NCBI GenBank assembly: GCA_046563655.1
Contig: CM102285.1
Location: 13,454,001-13,518,000, forward strand
Reading direction: 5' to 3'
Source: Yuukianura sp. NJ FZ-2021
Lineage: Eukaryota
DNA length: 64,000 nucleotides
The notes under the pieces are model-generated. The model ran no database searches. It saw nothing but the letters and a program-made list of their open reading frames with translations, and was not told where the DNA came from. The translations under genes and the position numbers were made by a program. Shown here in pieces: positions 1-12,961 of the stretch (position 1 is the stretch's first letter; every line of letters starts with the position of its first letter).

Positions 1-600
1 TATTTAATTGCTGTAAATTTTTACATAAGAACAACAGATTCTGTTTCGTTGTATTTAATCGTTTAGGTATCGAATTTTAGCAGTTTCTCCTGTATATTTG
101 CTCTCCTTGATTCCACCGTTGTTGTTTTCCTTGTTCTTTGTTTTGTTCCTTGGTTTTGTGAGTTTGTGGAATAAAATAGGCTATTCGAAATTAAGATCGG
201 TTAGATTAATGTGAGGTGTTAGGTATATTTGTTCATTGTTTTGACCTGATGTTCCTAAACTGCTTAAACGCGCGAAATTGATCCAAGGTCAATCAACTCT
301 GTAACTGCTAACCTGACGATCAAGTTGACAGTACATGCTGAGCGCCGAATTCAGCATAAGGTTTGGCTTTTTGCAAAATAGTTTAATTACGAAGTAATTA
401 ATTAGTTAATTAATTACATGATTTCCAAGTGACAAAGCATGTATATACAGTATCTCATGATGATTCAACATGCTTGTGGTTTTTGTAAATTAATACTCAT
501 GTTTCCCTGTTGCCTTTCCTAAGTATTTATAAGTTACACTGGTCCAGTCGAAGGTCACGAGAGGTCACTTTTTCATGTTATCTGCCTCGGGATTTGCAAA

Positions 601-3600
601 TTAGTGACCATAGTTGAGGTACTTGGCTGCCCAGTCAATTCGTCCAAGGACGCCCGTTTTCTTTGAAGAAGCCTTCTTGAGCGTGTCAGTCTGAAAGGAG
701 TTTTTGCGTGCTTCGTACGTTGTTCTTCCGAAGGCACTCGGATGACCGCCATCTCCAGCCTCTTTTTGAGTAGATCCGTAATGAATTGGTCCAGTCAACG
801 TGCTCATGAGTTGTAATCCTGAAATCAAGGTAAAATTTTTGAAATTTTGAATTTTTGAAAATGTTGAAATTTTTTGAAGGGAATAGGTAACCTGGTGGAG
901 GCTCGTCAGACTGAAACAAACTTCCTCGTCGACTTTGACCGGAAATGTAGCGTGCCAAAACTGCACCAGAAGATCGACTCGTTGGTTTCTTATAGACTGA
1001 AAACCCGTTATTTCCATAACCCCCAATTTCATTGTGGTTTCTGAAAAAAGTGAAAGTATTGCGCAGGAAATTAGGCGATTTCGAGGTCAAATTTTGCATT
1101 GAGTGAATAAGTTTTCGGAAATCGGCGAGTTTTTTCTTTTTTTCTGCAATGTTTCCCATACCTGTCCAAATCTTCATCATTTCTTCGATTTTCTCGTGCT
1201 TCATCTGGGTAGTAATCGTTACTCCTTTCCCATTGTTTTGATGACTGTCGAGTCACAGACGCTTTTTGACTCAAACTGAAACTTAGTTTTCTTGGAATCG
1301 CTTCATAAATTTCAGTTTTAACAGTTTGTAGTGGCAAATGGACTGAAATATGAGGCTGTTGTGCCAAAACCAATGTCTGCGCTAGGAGGTTAGATTTCAG
1401 AAGATTGTTTGATTTCGATTGTTGATGTTGAAGCTGAATCGACTTGTCCATTGCGAGTGCACTAGTGCCGTGTCCGCCATTTTCTCTTGCTGGAACATTT
1501 GAAGTTCGTTGGCGTTGATTTATAGAGTCAAAAAATGGATATCTGAAATATGCAGAGAAGACACGAACATTATGTTATGTGAGATTATTGAGTTTCTGCT
1601 TGGAACGTGCTCCACTTTCTGTCTAGCTTTCTCCGCTGTCACTCTTGAAGCTCTCAAGAAGACGAAAGGTGTTTGAACGTGTCAGTAAATGGTAAGAAGG
1701 CCTTCAGTAATAATTTATGTGGCCCCAATTACAAAGTATGTTATAGGTTTAACTTTTTTTTCATACTTTACCTAAGGGAATGGTTGGCGGTGGGGCGGTC
1801 GGTGGGATTCCAGCGTAGCATGTCCTCGATTAAGTAAATAGCATTTTTGCTAGCGTTGGGAATAAGTCTGTGTAGTGGTGTCTTGTCGAATTGTGGGAGT
1901 TTACAGTTCATTTGTCTCGCCAATTGGTGTCCTTCAGGCCATTCAGTCTGGAATTAAAAAAAAGAGCCATTTTTTGAAAGATTTGTGCTTTGTTTGCATT
2001 TTTGTGTTGAAAATTTCTGTATTTTCCGAATATTTGTGTAGCTAACCTTTGTAGGTGTACCAAGGATTGAGCAAATTCGAAATAATTCGTCAATTTCACT
2101 TGAGCCGGGGAAAAGTGGTCGAAATGTAAAAAGTTCGGCCATAATGCAACCACAAGCCCAAAGGTCAATCGGAGTGCTGTAGAAGGGAGCACGCAGAATA
2201 ATTTCAGGGGCACGGTACCTATAACATTGAAGGGAAAAGTCACAAATTAATTATTGATCGATTAACGTGCGCTTGAAATGACATTCGAATTGACATGACT
2301 TTCGTTTGTTCAAGGAATTTGGAGTTCTAAAAATAAAAGAGGACGAACTTTCTCTTTTTGGAAGTTTCAAAAAGCATTTAAGGTTCGGGTTATGGCAAAT
2401 TGATTTAGAGAGCATAAGAATGCTTTTTCCTGGTAAAAGTTTATGCATTAAGTATAAACGGAAAAGTGAATTGAAAAAAAAAATTAATTGGTGAAAGTTA
2501 TTTTTTGGAAATGGAAATTTTGTGTCACCACTTCTTACCATCTCGTGCTGACGTAGTCTGTGAACGGTGGTCTAGAACGAATTTCCCTGGCGAGTCCAAA
2601 ATCGGCAATTTTGATGAGGTCTGGTCCCATGCAAAGGAGATTTTCGGGCTAGATTTTGAAATTGACAAAATTTTGAAAATGGAAAGAAGGTTTTTTTTTT
2701 GTTTTCTCTTGTAGAATTTTCCAGTTTGCATACCTTCATATCACGGTGAAAGAAGCCGTGTTTGTGGATAAACGCAAGACCTTGAAGTACTTGCCACATG
2801 ATGTTTTGTATCATTTCTTCAGGGAAAACTTTGCTCCTGCCAAAACCCAAACAGTAATTAAAATTGTATCAATATTTTTAAGTGTTTTGGAAAGTGGGAC
2901 ATACTTGATTGGTGTTTTACTAGCAGTAATTGGTGTTTTCTAAAATCATGCAACTGTCTTACCCACTCTCGTATCGGTTTTTCATCAGTTGGTATAGATT
3001 TTCTTGCATGTACTCAAACACAAAGTACAGCGTGTCGTTTTCTCGAATTACTTCTTTCAGTTTGACAACATTGGAGTGACTCAACTTTTTGAGAGACTGC
3101 GCAAAATTTTAGAACAAAACAATTGATTTGATCAATTTGAATTTTTAAACTTTTCGTCAGTCAGCATTTCCGTTTGTTGTATTTCTAAAAAGAGGATATA
3201 TTGTAATCTGAAACATGGCAGTTTCGGACTCAAAATATAATTATAAAGGATGTGTCACGAATTGGAGAAAGTTGTTTACAAAAAAATATATCCTGTTTTC
3301 ATTTCAGTAGAAATTGAATTTTTTTGAAATTTTGAAAGTGAGACGTACCTTGACCTCTCTTAAATTGATAGCCTCGTCCCAGGAACTAAACTTTTTCTTC
3401 ATTCTGAAAAGAAAATAATTCAATTCATCATTAGTTTGACCGTGTAGACGATTTCGTTTTCAGTAGCCTAACAGTTGTCATTCCATTCAATTTTTTTTTT
3501 GCATTACGTTGGAGAAAGCGTTTTCTAGAAAGCTAACGTCAGCATTTTCAAAACTCGGATTAGGAATTGCAAGCTCTCCATCAAGTTAAACTGGAGATTG

Positions 3601-4222
3601 CTTTGTGACTGAAATTTCATTTCAGGTGTGGCAGTTTTTTTGGACACTTCTGTCGTTGGAACTGTATTTAGTCCTGACAGGTTTTTGAAGCGACAATCTA
3701 TACAAATTCGATATTCTTGGTGTTTTAGTTTGTCAGTTCCGCTGTGCTAATACAAGATTTATGGTTGAAACGTCTAAAGTCACGGACTCATGAATAGTCG
3801 AAAGTCGAAAGCTCAATGAAAACATGCCCTTTGACCTCCCTCCTTTTGTCCATAACAATTGACTAAATATCGATTTTTGGTAAGTGCAACGAGCCATAAG
3901 ACCATTGAACTAAACTACTATTCTAAAGGCATAAAAAACCGAAACTCGTTTCCATGCTCAAATAAATTATGGTTTCGATCCATCCAGGCCAAAATCCAAT
4001 TCCGAGTCTTCACATTGTTCAAAATTTCACATGCGGTGGTGTTTGAGTTAAATCCAAGCCGGTAGCAGCCGAAATGAAGCGTGTAGTAGAATTCTCTTGG
4101 CGGTAAACTTACTTTTTAATGGCTACCAGGTCACCGTTTCTGGAGTCTCTGGATCGGTACACAGATCCATAAGTTCCGTCTCCAATTTTAGCTAGGAATT
4201 CGAATCGCTTGATGCCCGTCAT
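601..4222 (-). CDS. MAK: MAK/ICK (CILK1/dyf-5)-family Ser/Thr kinase, multi-exon
   Basis: Spliced exons give [59 protein letters not shown] (TDY loop) and the family C-terminal GRIDWAAKY motif. GT-AG introns; ATG 4222, TAA 601-603. Confidence 0.93.
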
Positions 4223-5778
4223 TCGACTGTCTTCTCTTGAGCTCAGTTTGGCAATTAGACTTCGACCCACGGCACTTCCTGATACGTCTTGATGACGCAC
4301 TCTGTCCTTTTCAACTCCTGGACTACTGGAATTACGTTTATAACTTAACACTTAAGTTTTGACAAACACGTTTTAGCTAAGCATTCAATATTTAAGCAGT
4401 AGGTGTAACATTTAGGACTTTGCAATTGCGACAGGACTTGGTTAAAATGATTTCCTCACAGCAAACGTAAAAGTCAGACGTTTACAATGCTTTTTGATTG
4501 TTTTCGATAGACGGATAAAGTAGGCGTTTCTATTAACAAATTTTGACGCGTCGACAGTGGAAACGCTTTCTGTTGCACCAGTTTTAGCTTTCGAAAAATT
4601 CCAATGACTCACGAATTTGCTAATTTTTTCAAATTGGAAATTCTAACGTTAGGCAAGTATGAGAGGGGAGGAATTTTTTTTTGTTTTTGAATTTTTGAGC
4701 TTTCTCTGGAAATTTTTTTTTGAATATATCCTTTTTGAATAATTTTTCGACTTACTTTTTGATGGCAACTTTCTCCCCAGTGTCAACTCGCGTAGCCAGT
4801 GACACTGACCCGTAGGTTCCATCACCCAATCCGCCCAGGAATTTGTACCGACTTGTCATTTTTGCTTTCTCTAGTTTACTTTTACTTTTATAAAAACTAC
4901 ACCGATAGCCTCTTCTTTTTCTCGGAATGGCTCCGCTAAACTTTAGCTTCTAAAGCGATTCAGCGATGCAGAACACATTCTTGACCTCTGTTTCACTACG
5001 GAGACAAAATATGACTGCTGGAGCAGAAAGTAGAGAAAGTTCATACCTTATGCTAGGGGAAATATGGAATGTTGTTCAAATTGCAACTTAGCAACACAGA
5101 CCTTAGAAAGTAATCGATTGAATATTAAGAACAGGAAAATTGGAGCTCCACTGTGCATGTTCTCGAAGTTTAGTCCTTTGTCTGCATATTGAAAACAAAA
5201 AGAAACTGGTAAAAGGGAAGCAGTCCATCGAAGACAAAACCTTTAGCCTCGTTTTTACACACGCTTCTGACTATTATGAATGATTTTCAGCAGCTAAACT
5301 TGACACTTTCAGAAGTAACCAAAGAAAGGCTGATTTCGGGAAAGCCGATTTGACTTGTGGAAAGTTTTGGCAAAGACATTGGTCCACCCCCTACTTCCGC
5401 AAAAATTCAAACTCTTAGCTAGATTCTTCTATTTTTCTAAGACCCCATTCATGCAATTCTCAAATTAAGAGCAATTAAAACAAGATCACTTTTTAGCAGT
5501 GACCTCCGCCCACGCCCACTTTTATGGAAATTTTGATTTTCAGGTGAAAGTTGGCATGAAATGGCCTAAAATTTGTTTTTATTTGAGACATGTTAATGAG
5601 AATTTAAATTTCTAAAAATGTTAAATTACTAGGTATAGATTAACACAGCTGGAGAAAGTAGGTTTTTGTGTAGCTCCCATAACATGACATAATCTTTGTA
5701 GCATGAAGGTCACAACGGTCAAAGTGACCTTTAGAAGGCACAAATTTTAAAAACGAATCACAACAGCTAAACTAAAGT

Positions 5779-8700
5779 TTAGTTTTTCGGAGTAGCGTCA
5801 TTTTTTGAAATTTCGGTTTTTGAAGTTTCTTGGTAGAAAGAGCACCAAAACGGATCCGCTGCCGTTGCACGCCCACCCCAAGACCAGCCATTCGGAATGG
5901 CAAGATGGGATAAACCGTCTGTAATACGCCCACGCTCTCCTGTAAACACATGCAATGTCAGTGTGTCGCTTTTTGTTAATTAAAATTTTGAAAGTTTAAA
6001 AATAGTTTTTCAAAAAAAGTACCAGTGAAAGTTTGTTTCATTGAAGGTGTGATCCAGACGCTTCCCACGGGGACGTTCCTGCCATCCTCATCTTCCACTT
6101 GAAGTGAAATGTTTTCCAAGTCTCCTAGATTTCCCAGTCCTAAAATAAGCAGAAATTAGCAAAAACAAGGACGAGATTTCATGTAATTTTGAAAATTTTC
6201 AAAATTTTGGTTTTCTTTTAATGCCTTTTTCAATGTTCTGGGAATTGAAACTCCCCAGAAGAACTCCTCCGTCAGCTCCACAGTCTTTGGCTAGCATTTG
6301 AATTAGTTCGCCGACTGTTTCCTGGTGCCTGTCGACCGCATGGCCATTTGTATACTGGCTCAGAGGTGTCGACAAAACGTTGATTAAAATCCACAATGCT
6401 TTCCGCACCTAATAAAACACGAGGAACAAACTTTAGGTTTAGGTGAGAAAGTAGGAAAAAATTCAATTTGGACAAATTGAAATTTAAGTTGAAATGGGAC
6501 ATGCAACGGCCATTTCCATCTTTTGATTTCTCCAGAGACCAGCAATTTGAAAGCTATTATCCAAGCGAATCTAATAAAGGATGGACATGACCCCGCTCTG
6601 ACCTTTTGGGTACATTTGTCTCCTTGTTTTCTCAGTTTTGTAATGAAACGACACAAAGTTTAACACAAATTGAAACAGACTTACTGTGACTTTGAAAACT
6701 GAAAACTGCCACAGACTTCCATTTTGAATTGGAGAAAAGATTTCGGAGGCCTTGGGAATTGTGACATTGTCAATTTGGTCTGAGTTGTAGAGAACGCCAA
6801 GGCGATGGGACGTCTGCAATTGAGTTCCATTAAACCATTTTACTTTGAACTTAAATTTATTACGACTTGAACTTAAGCAAGTTCTAGTAAACTTTAAAGA
6901 AAATTCTTAGAAATGGAACCTTGTTGAAGTGAAGTACAGTTTCATCCAGAATGAAAGTCCAAGTTCCCCTTGGTTTAGGCCAGGCACGATTCCTAGAAAG
7001 TCTTGGTTCATTAAGTTCGTCGCAAATCTACAACCATAGAAAGGAAGATTAGAATTTAAGTTGACGTGTCACTATGCTTTTATCTGTTTAAAGAAATGTT
7101 TGCAAAATTTTTTGCTAAAGCGGCAAAATAAGCGTAGGAGCTGACAGATACAAAATGTGGTCACACATGGTTTTGCTATTTTTCCTAAATGAAGGCTTGA
7201 GGCATTCCTGAAGATTCGCCAATTTGATTATTTTTTGCACATTCGGTTTAATTTGGATCTGAATAGGAGATTTAGGAGCCAAGAAAATTTGAATCTTTCC
7301 AAGTCAGAACATGTTGAGCATTTTAGGCTAAAGTTGGTACAGAAGATGATGAGATGAGGATAAAAGGAATGAGGAATTCAGGATGCTCAGAGTGAAGCCA
7401 AAAATAGATCAACGACAAGCCAAGAATAAATTCCGCGCATTTCCTTCACACTGGCCTTATGGATTTTTGCAAACAATTTTTGCAATCTCCGCGTCCAAAA
7501 TAGCTTTAAGCTTTTCTTTTCATAATCCTGACGGTAGTGTGCTTATAAGTTTAGGAAGTTTTTCAGTTCTTACTTTCTGCAATGCCAATTTGTCGCAAAT
7601 TTCCTGCACAGCGATGAGAGAAAGTCTGAAATGAGATTTTAAGAGTTGTAGGAATGCTTTTGGTTGTTATTTTGAAATTTTTGAGAGTTTTGATCGAAAC
7701 TGACCTATTTTCCAAAATCGTTCTTGTGATGACTTCAAGTACGCCAGGATTTGCTACTTTCTCTTCCGTGAGGTTTTCCAAGTTCCAAGAAGCGATTCGG
7801 TAGGATGATAAACGACTATCAGACTTGACACTCTGCTGATCTATTTGGCAGTCTTGAATTGGACGGCAACTCTTGAGAGACATTAACTCAAAGATTTCAG
7901 TCATGTCTTCCAGGGCTGAGTGATTTTTTGGCGACGACGGAGGTGGGATTCGAACACGCTCCAAGTTGCCAAGGTCCTGTTCCTGTCCCAAGGGAAACGC
8001 CCTTCCTTCGTCCTTGATAATGAGAGGAGGCACTGAGCTTGACCTTCGATGACCTAGGTCACGAAAATAGACATAAATTAGACGTGTATTGACAATTTAT
8101 GTTGACTTCCGAAAGTATCCAAGTGTATCATGTAGCGTGTCTTACTTGTCAGTTCGCCATTGACAATTGGCCGGATGGGCGGTGTCAGTGGTCCGGAAAG
8201 GTGGGACGCAGTGGACTTGCTGTCGGTGGGTGCATGTGACAGGTCAGCCAAGGACGAATTGACAGTTAGGAAGGTTCTAAGGGCCCCCAAGTGTCGATAG
8301 CTGAGTCCAACGTGTCTCAAGTCATCGACGTATTTGAAGGGCCCTTTCTTGTCTCTGTAGTTGATGATTCTGGCTGCCAAGGCTTGATTGATTCCTTGAA
8401 CTGTCATAAGGTCAAAAATTGTAGCTGTGTTGATGTTGACGAGTTTCGGTGACTTGTAAGGGGCTCCCGGTCGAGTAGAACCGGCGCTACTTGGAAGACT
8501 TTCTACTGATTGACTTTTCGATGAAGCTCGGCTGAAAGTACACAAAAATTCAAAATTTGACGTGAACATTTGGTATAAAGAATTCCAAAGATTCGATTTT
8601 ATTCGTTCCAGGAAGATTAAAGTGTTTCCAGGAACAAAACATCTCTGTAATTTCCAGAGCAAACAGATCGTAAAAATTTTCAGGAAGCCGTTTGATGTTT

Positions 8701-10045
8701 TTCCACAAACGAAAACCGAAACATTTTTTTTTCCGACTTAGTTTATTCTCCACGTGCTCAAATTAAACAGCAGTAGCGTCAGTGCTTTCACTACAATTTT
8801 CAATTTCCCAAAAACGTGAAATACGATATGCGTTTTTTTTTTTCGAAATTACGGTTTACGTGACATTACACCAATTTCGATGTAATACGCTAGCTAACCA
8901 CGGGTTTGGCACATATTTTTCTAGTTATCTTATGTCTACACGTTTTTGCACCGCGTTCAGAGAGGCCGGCAGATGTCAACTGCTAAAAGGCCTAAAAAAT
9001 TCAGTGAAATTAATTTCACAGCATGTTCTTGTAACACATGTAACAATTTGTACAAGACAAGCGAAAAATTTGACCTTCTCAAGTTACGTCAATTTACAGG
9101 AGATTTTTTTTTGTACAAATAGCGATTTTTTCTTATCTTTTCGCCCGAATTCGGTTCAGAATAACAATCTTGAACAAACAATTTTACTGCGTGTGACCGG
9201 TAGTTGCGAAAAATCATAATTGCGGATTTGAGTGATTGGTGGTTTGACAGGTTTGACGTTATAATTACAGAGTTTTCAAATTCGATTCGTTTGAGGTTAA
9301 TTTGTGCCAATTTACCTTAGGTTTCTTCGCTTGGACGTGCAAATTTCATTGCGAATTAAATCCAATTTAGTAGCACCCATTCCTGACACGAGTGCCAAAT
9401 CCTCCACTTTTCGGTAACCACCAATCAGAATCCTGTGATTCACAATGTTCCTGGCTAGGGCTCGGCTAATTCCTGGAAGCGTCATCAGTTCCTCCTCTGT
9501 TGCTTGATTTACATTAACAAATTCCACCTTAAAATCAAAAATAGGTGTGAAATTTTGGAATTTTATGCCAAAAAATTAGCACTTGGGACAGGAAGTTTTA
9601 TGACATAAGGCGGAGTAGGTTTCGAAATTTTTTCACTGTATATTTATGACTGTACCTTGATATCTCTGTCGTTCATGTTGAATGAGGCGCTGATAGAATT
9701 CCTACGTTTTGGCCTCCATTTCCGGTTCCTCAGAACCTTGGACAAGGACGAGATGGATCTGCTCTTGAGCGTTTTGTCTTTCTGGGTCAAGGAGACAATA
9801 GAAGTAGTTCCACCGTCCAACTTATTTCGATTAGCAGTCGAAATGTTGATGGTTTTGACAGTGGTGGGTCCACTTGAAGTTGAAGTACAAAGGCTCTTTG
9901 ACTGGCCCATTGAAGATGTAGATGAGCTGAGGTTGCCTGACCCACCAAGTTTATTCTTTGACCCACTTCCTCCTCTTCTCCGTCGACACAAACTACGAAA
10001 GCTGCAACCCTTTGACGGGGTTTTGGTTTTGGTGGGTTCGCCCAT
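5779..10045 (-). CDS. EEPD1: EEPD1-like protein: two helix-hairpin-helix domains plus an exonuclease/endonuclease/phosphatase domain
   Basis: HhH motifs VNVNQATEEELMTLPGISRALARNIV and VNINTATIFDLMTVQGINQALA; EEP motifs IASWNL, NPGVLEV, AVQE; C-terminal LAIPNGWSWGG. Start is either ATG 10045 or ATG 9910; TAA 5779-5781. Confidence 0.88.
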
Positions 10046-10507
10046 AAAATCCGAAAAACTCCCCGATTCGGAGGACAACTGGAACTGAACTAGTACTGAA
10101 AGTGAGTGAGTGAGTCCTTCCTGTAAACAGACCAAAGTGGTTTCCTTTATTAAGTTAAGTGAACTGAGGAAGATACAGGACTACAATAGAACTAATAGAA
10201 GTCGAGGATGTGACAACCAGAAGCCTCTTGATTTGACCTTGGATAGGAAGTGGCTTCGACAACTAATAGATACCCCGTGACGTTGACATTTGATAAAACT
10301 CGAGTTTCAATGACAAAGTTCCAACGCTAAGTCACTGAACTGCTGCCACAACAATATCAATTGAATTAGCAACTAAATTATCACGCTGATTTAAGTTAAA
10401 TAATTGAAAATTGCAGTCTGCGATTGAACTGAGAGAGGCACTCTTCAAACGGCGTCTCTCCGCGTGATCTTCACGAATCTTTGTCTTTTTAGTTGTTTTA
10501 TGGAGAG

Positions 10508-10904
10508 CACGCCATTTCATCTAATGAATTACAACGAGCGAATTTCCTCGAATGAATTTGTCCAAAACCAATTACAGTGAAAGGTGAATTACCCCGAATC
10601 GAATTACAACGAAGGTCGAATTTTGTAAGAGTTCAAGACAACCTAACATAACGAAAAACCTGTTTAAGCCTAATCAAATCACTATTGCCCAGTTAGTAAC
10701 ATAACATTAGGGGAAAATAGTAAATTCAATGAATAAAACAGAATGGTAGTATACAGAACTGTAGTGATTAATGTTAAGTTTGGTTCGTATCTTTTTCGTT
10801 GAACTACAACTTTCGTTGTAATTCGCTTCGGGGTAATACAACTTTCGTTGTAATTGCCTTCGAGGAAATTCGCTTCGCTGTAATTCAATCGATGAAAAGG
10901 CATG
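10508..10904. mobile_element. MITE-like non-autonomous element with long imperfect terminal inverted repeats
   Basis: gaattacaacgagcgaatttcctcgaa (~10526-10552) is the near-perfect inverse of ttcgaggaaattcgcttcgctgtaattc (~10859-10886). A second pair is attaccccgaatcgaattacaacgaa / ttcgttgtaattcgcttcggggtaat. The AT-rich core contains aacctaac. No transposase ORF; target-site duplication not resolved. Confidence 0.7.
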
Positions 10905-12948
10905 GAACCGTTTTATGTTGAGAAACTGAAAAAATGGTTTTCAGTTTGTTTAGGAATCCATTTCGAAAAATCTCGAACTCAACCAGTTCGTTTCAAAGTT
11001 TTTGAATACTGGGGTGCCATTCCAGAAAATTTCTATTCTTATATATTACGATGGAATAAGCATTATAAGTTCCCCGAAACCTACCCCGGTTTTTAGTTCA
11101 GATTATGTACAAAATTCAAGCACAATCGAAAGCGATTTAGATTTAATTTTGTTATTTTGCTGGAAACGATTCACACTGCACTATTCACCTGTCATTCCAC
11201 TTGTGATTGATGCTCTAGGATGATATTTAAAAACTCGATAAACACTTTTTTGATTATTTTTTGGCAGTTGACAGGGAGGGGACATTTGAGCTAGAGACAT
11301 TCAGCGTTACACCTAGGGAGTTACAATTTTTTGACATGAGCTCTCTGCTACACGATACTCTTATTGTTCAGTTTCACATTAAAGTGTCCTTTGCGTGTCA
11401 AATTTTGAACAAAAAGTAAATTTCCATTCTATTCCAGAAGGAAAAAGGACTTTGGGATTAGGTTTTGGAAAAAGTAACCTTATGTTACGGTAGTGCTGTA
11501 CTACCGAAGCGGAAAATAAAGTAAAGCTCAGTTTTGGATTTTTGGACAGGGCCAACGCAATTATTTAGAGAGCTTCCAATGCGTGTTCAATGTCTTTTCC
11601 ACTGTTTTGCACATAATTCACTGCCAAAGTGGTTTCGGGTTTTAAATGGTTTCGAATTATTTGAATTTTGATACATTGGTTTAGGTTTTTTTTTTGAATT
11701 GTTGCTCAATTGGTTTTTGGGATTTTAATTTCTCAAGGCAGATTTATATCTGACTAATTAAGCCTAAACCAAGTTTTAGCGCAAGAAGTATGCAATTTGG
11801 TTCCTAAATCTTGAATCTCGTTCCCATTTGACTGCTTTCTCATTTCAAACTTTGTTGACTGGGAAAACCAGATTTGCTTTTTGCAAAAAGAAAAAACCTT
11901 GGTTAAGTTTTTTATTCTAGGAAAAGGTGCGCATTCTTTTGACAGAACAACAGCAACAGAGCAAAAAAGATAAATTGCAAAATTCTGAATTGTAAAAAAT
12001 TCTGCAAAAACTTTGGCAAATAATACGCCCAATGTCAAACTAACTATAACTCTGACGTGAGTGAACTCTGCGTAGAGGTCAAACAGTGTTGATAGTTATG
12101 GTTAATTGAGTAGCATTGACGCCTAGATCTCCTTCATTTTTAGAACGGGCTCACTACACAGCTAAAGTTTGCAAATTTTCCGCACGTAGATGGTAGACAT
12201 CACGTTTGCACTAAAAGATGCGAAAATTAACGTCATGGACGCCATGATTACGAGACGTTTTCAATGGGAATTTTTGAAGAGGATAGAAAGATAAGATTTT
12301 TTGCACTTGAACAGGCTGTACACAAGGTAGCATTACTATTTAACATGCATACTACGTGTGTAACTGATAAGTGACTACGACGCTCCTTGTTGGCGAATTG
12401 CCACTTTCGCAAAGAATTCTTTTGTCCTCAACTTTTTTTGTGTCCTTGAAAGTGACACTGGCGAAATGGAGGTCATGAGTAAGCCTCCATTTCAATCTTT
12501 CACACATTTCATATTTCACGTGAGGGGAAATTTACTTCCTTATACTTTCACTTTTTAAGCTTCACAAAAAAACATCGGATTTCTTTAAAAACAGTACAGC
12601 TCTGCATGATTTTTATAGAATCTAAAGGTCGATAAAAGTTCATAACGAACCAAATCAACTCCAATTAAAGTTCGTAATGAAATAATTGGACTTGATGTGA
12701 AAATGCCACATTTTCCACACTGTAATTTAATTCTGAGTAAATAGGGTTTAAGCAATAAAGTGAAAACGAGGCATGTGAGAGAGTTTGAATCAATATTTGC
12801 AAAAATACCCACGCGTCAGCGGAATGGCGGAAGAATAAGAGAGGCTTGAGTGCGTGTAAACTGACTTTGAGTGCTGCTGAACTCTACGAACAACCTTTTC
12901 AGTTGACCTCATTTACCAATTCCAAAGGTATTTGCTTCAGAAGCTCAA

Positions 12949-12961
12949 AGGTCAATGACCT
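12949..12961. promoter_or_regulatory. Perfect AGGTCAnTGACCT palindrome (IR1, EcR/USP-type element), candidate
   Basis: Exact aggtcaatgacct in a gene-free region, with extra half-sites nearby (tgacct ~12904, aggtca ~12973). Function not shown. Confidence 0.35.
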
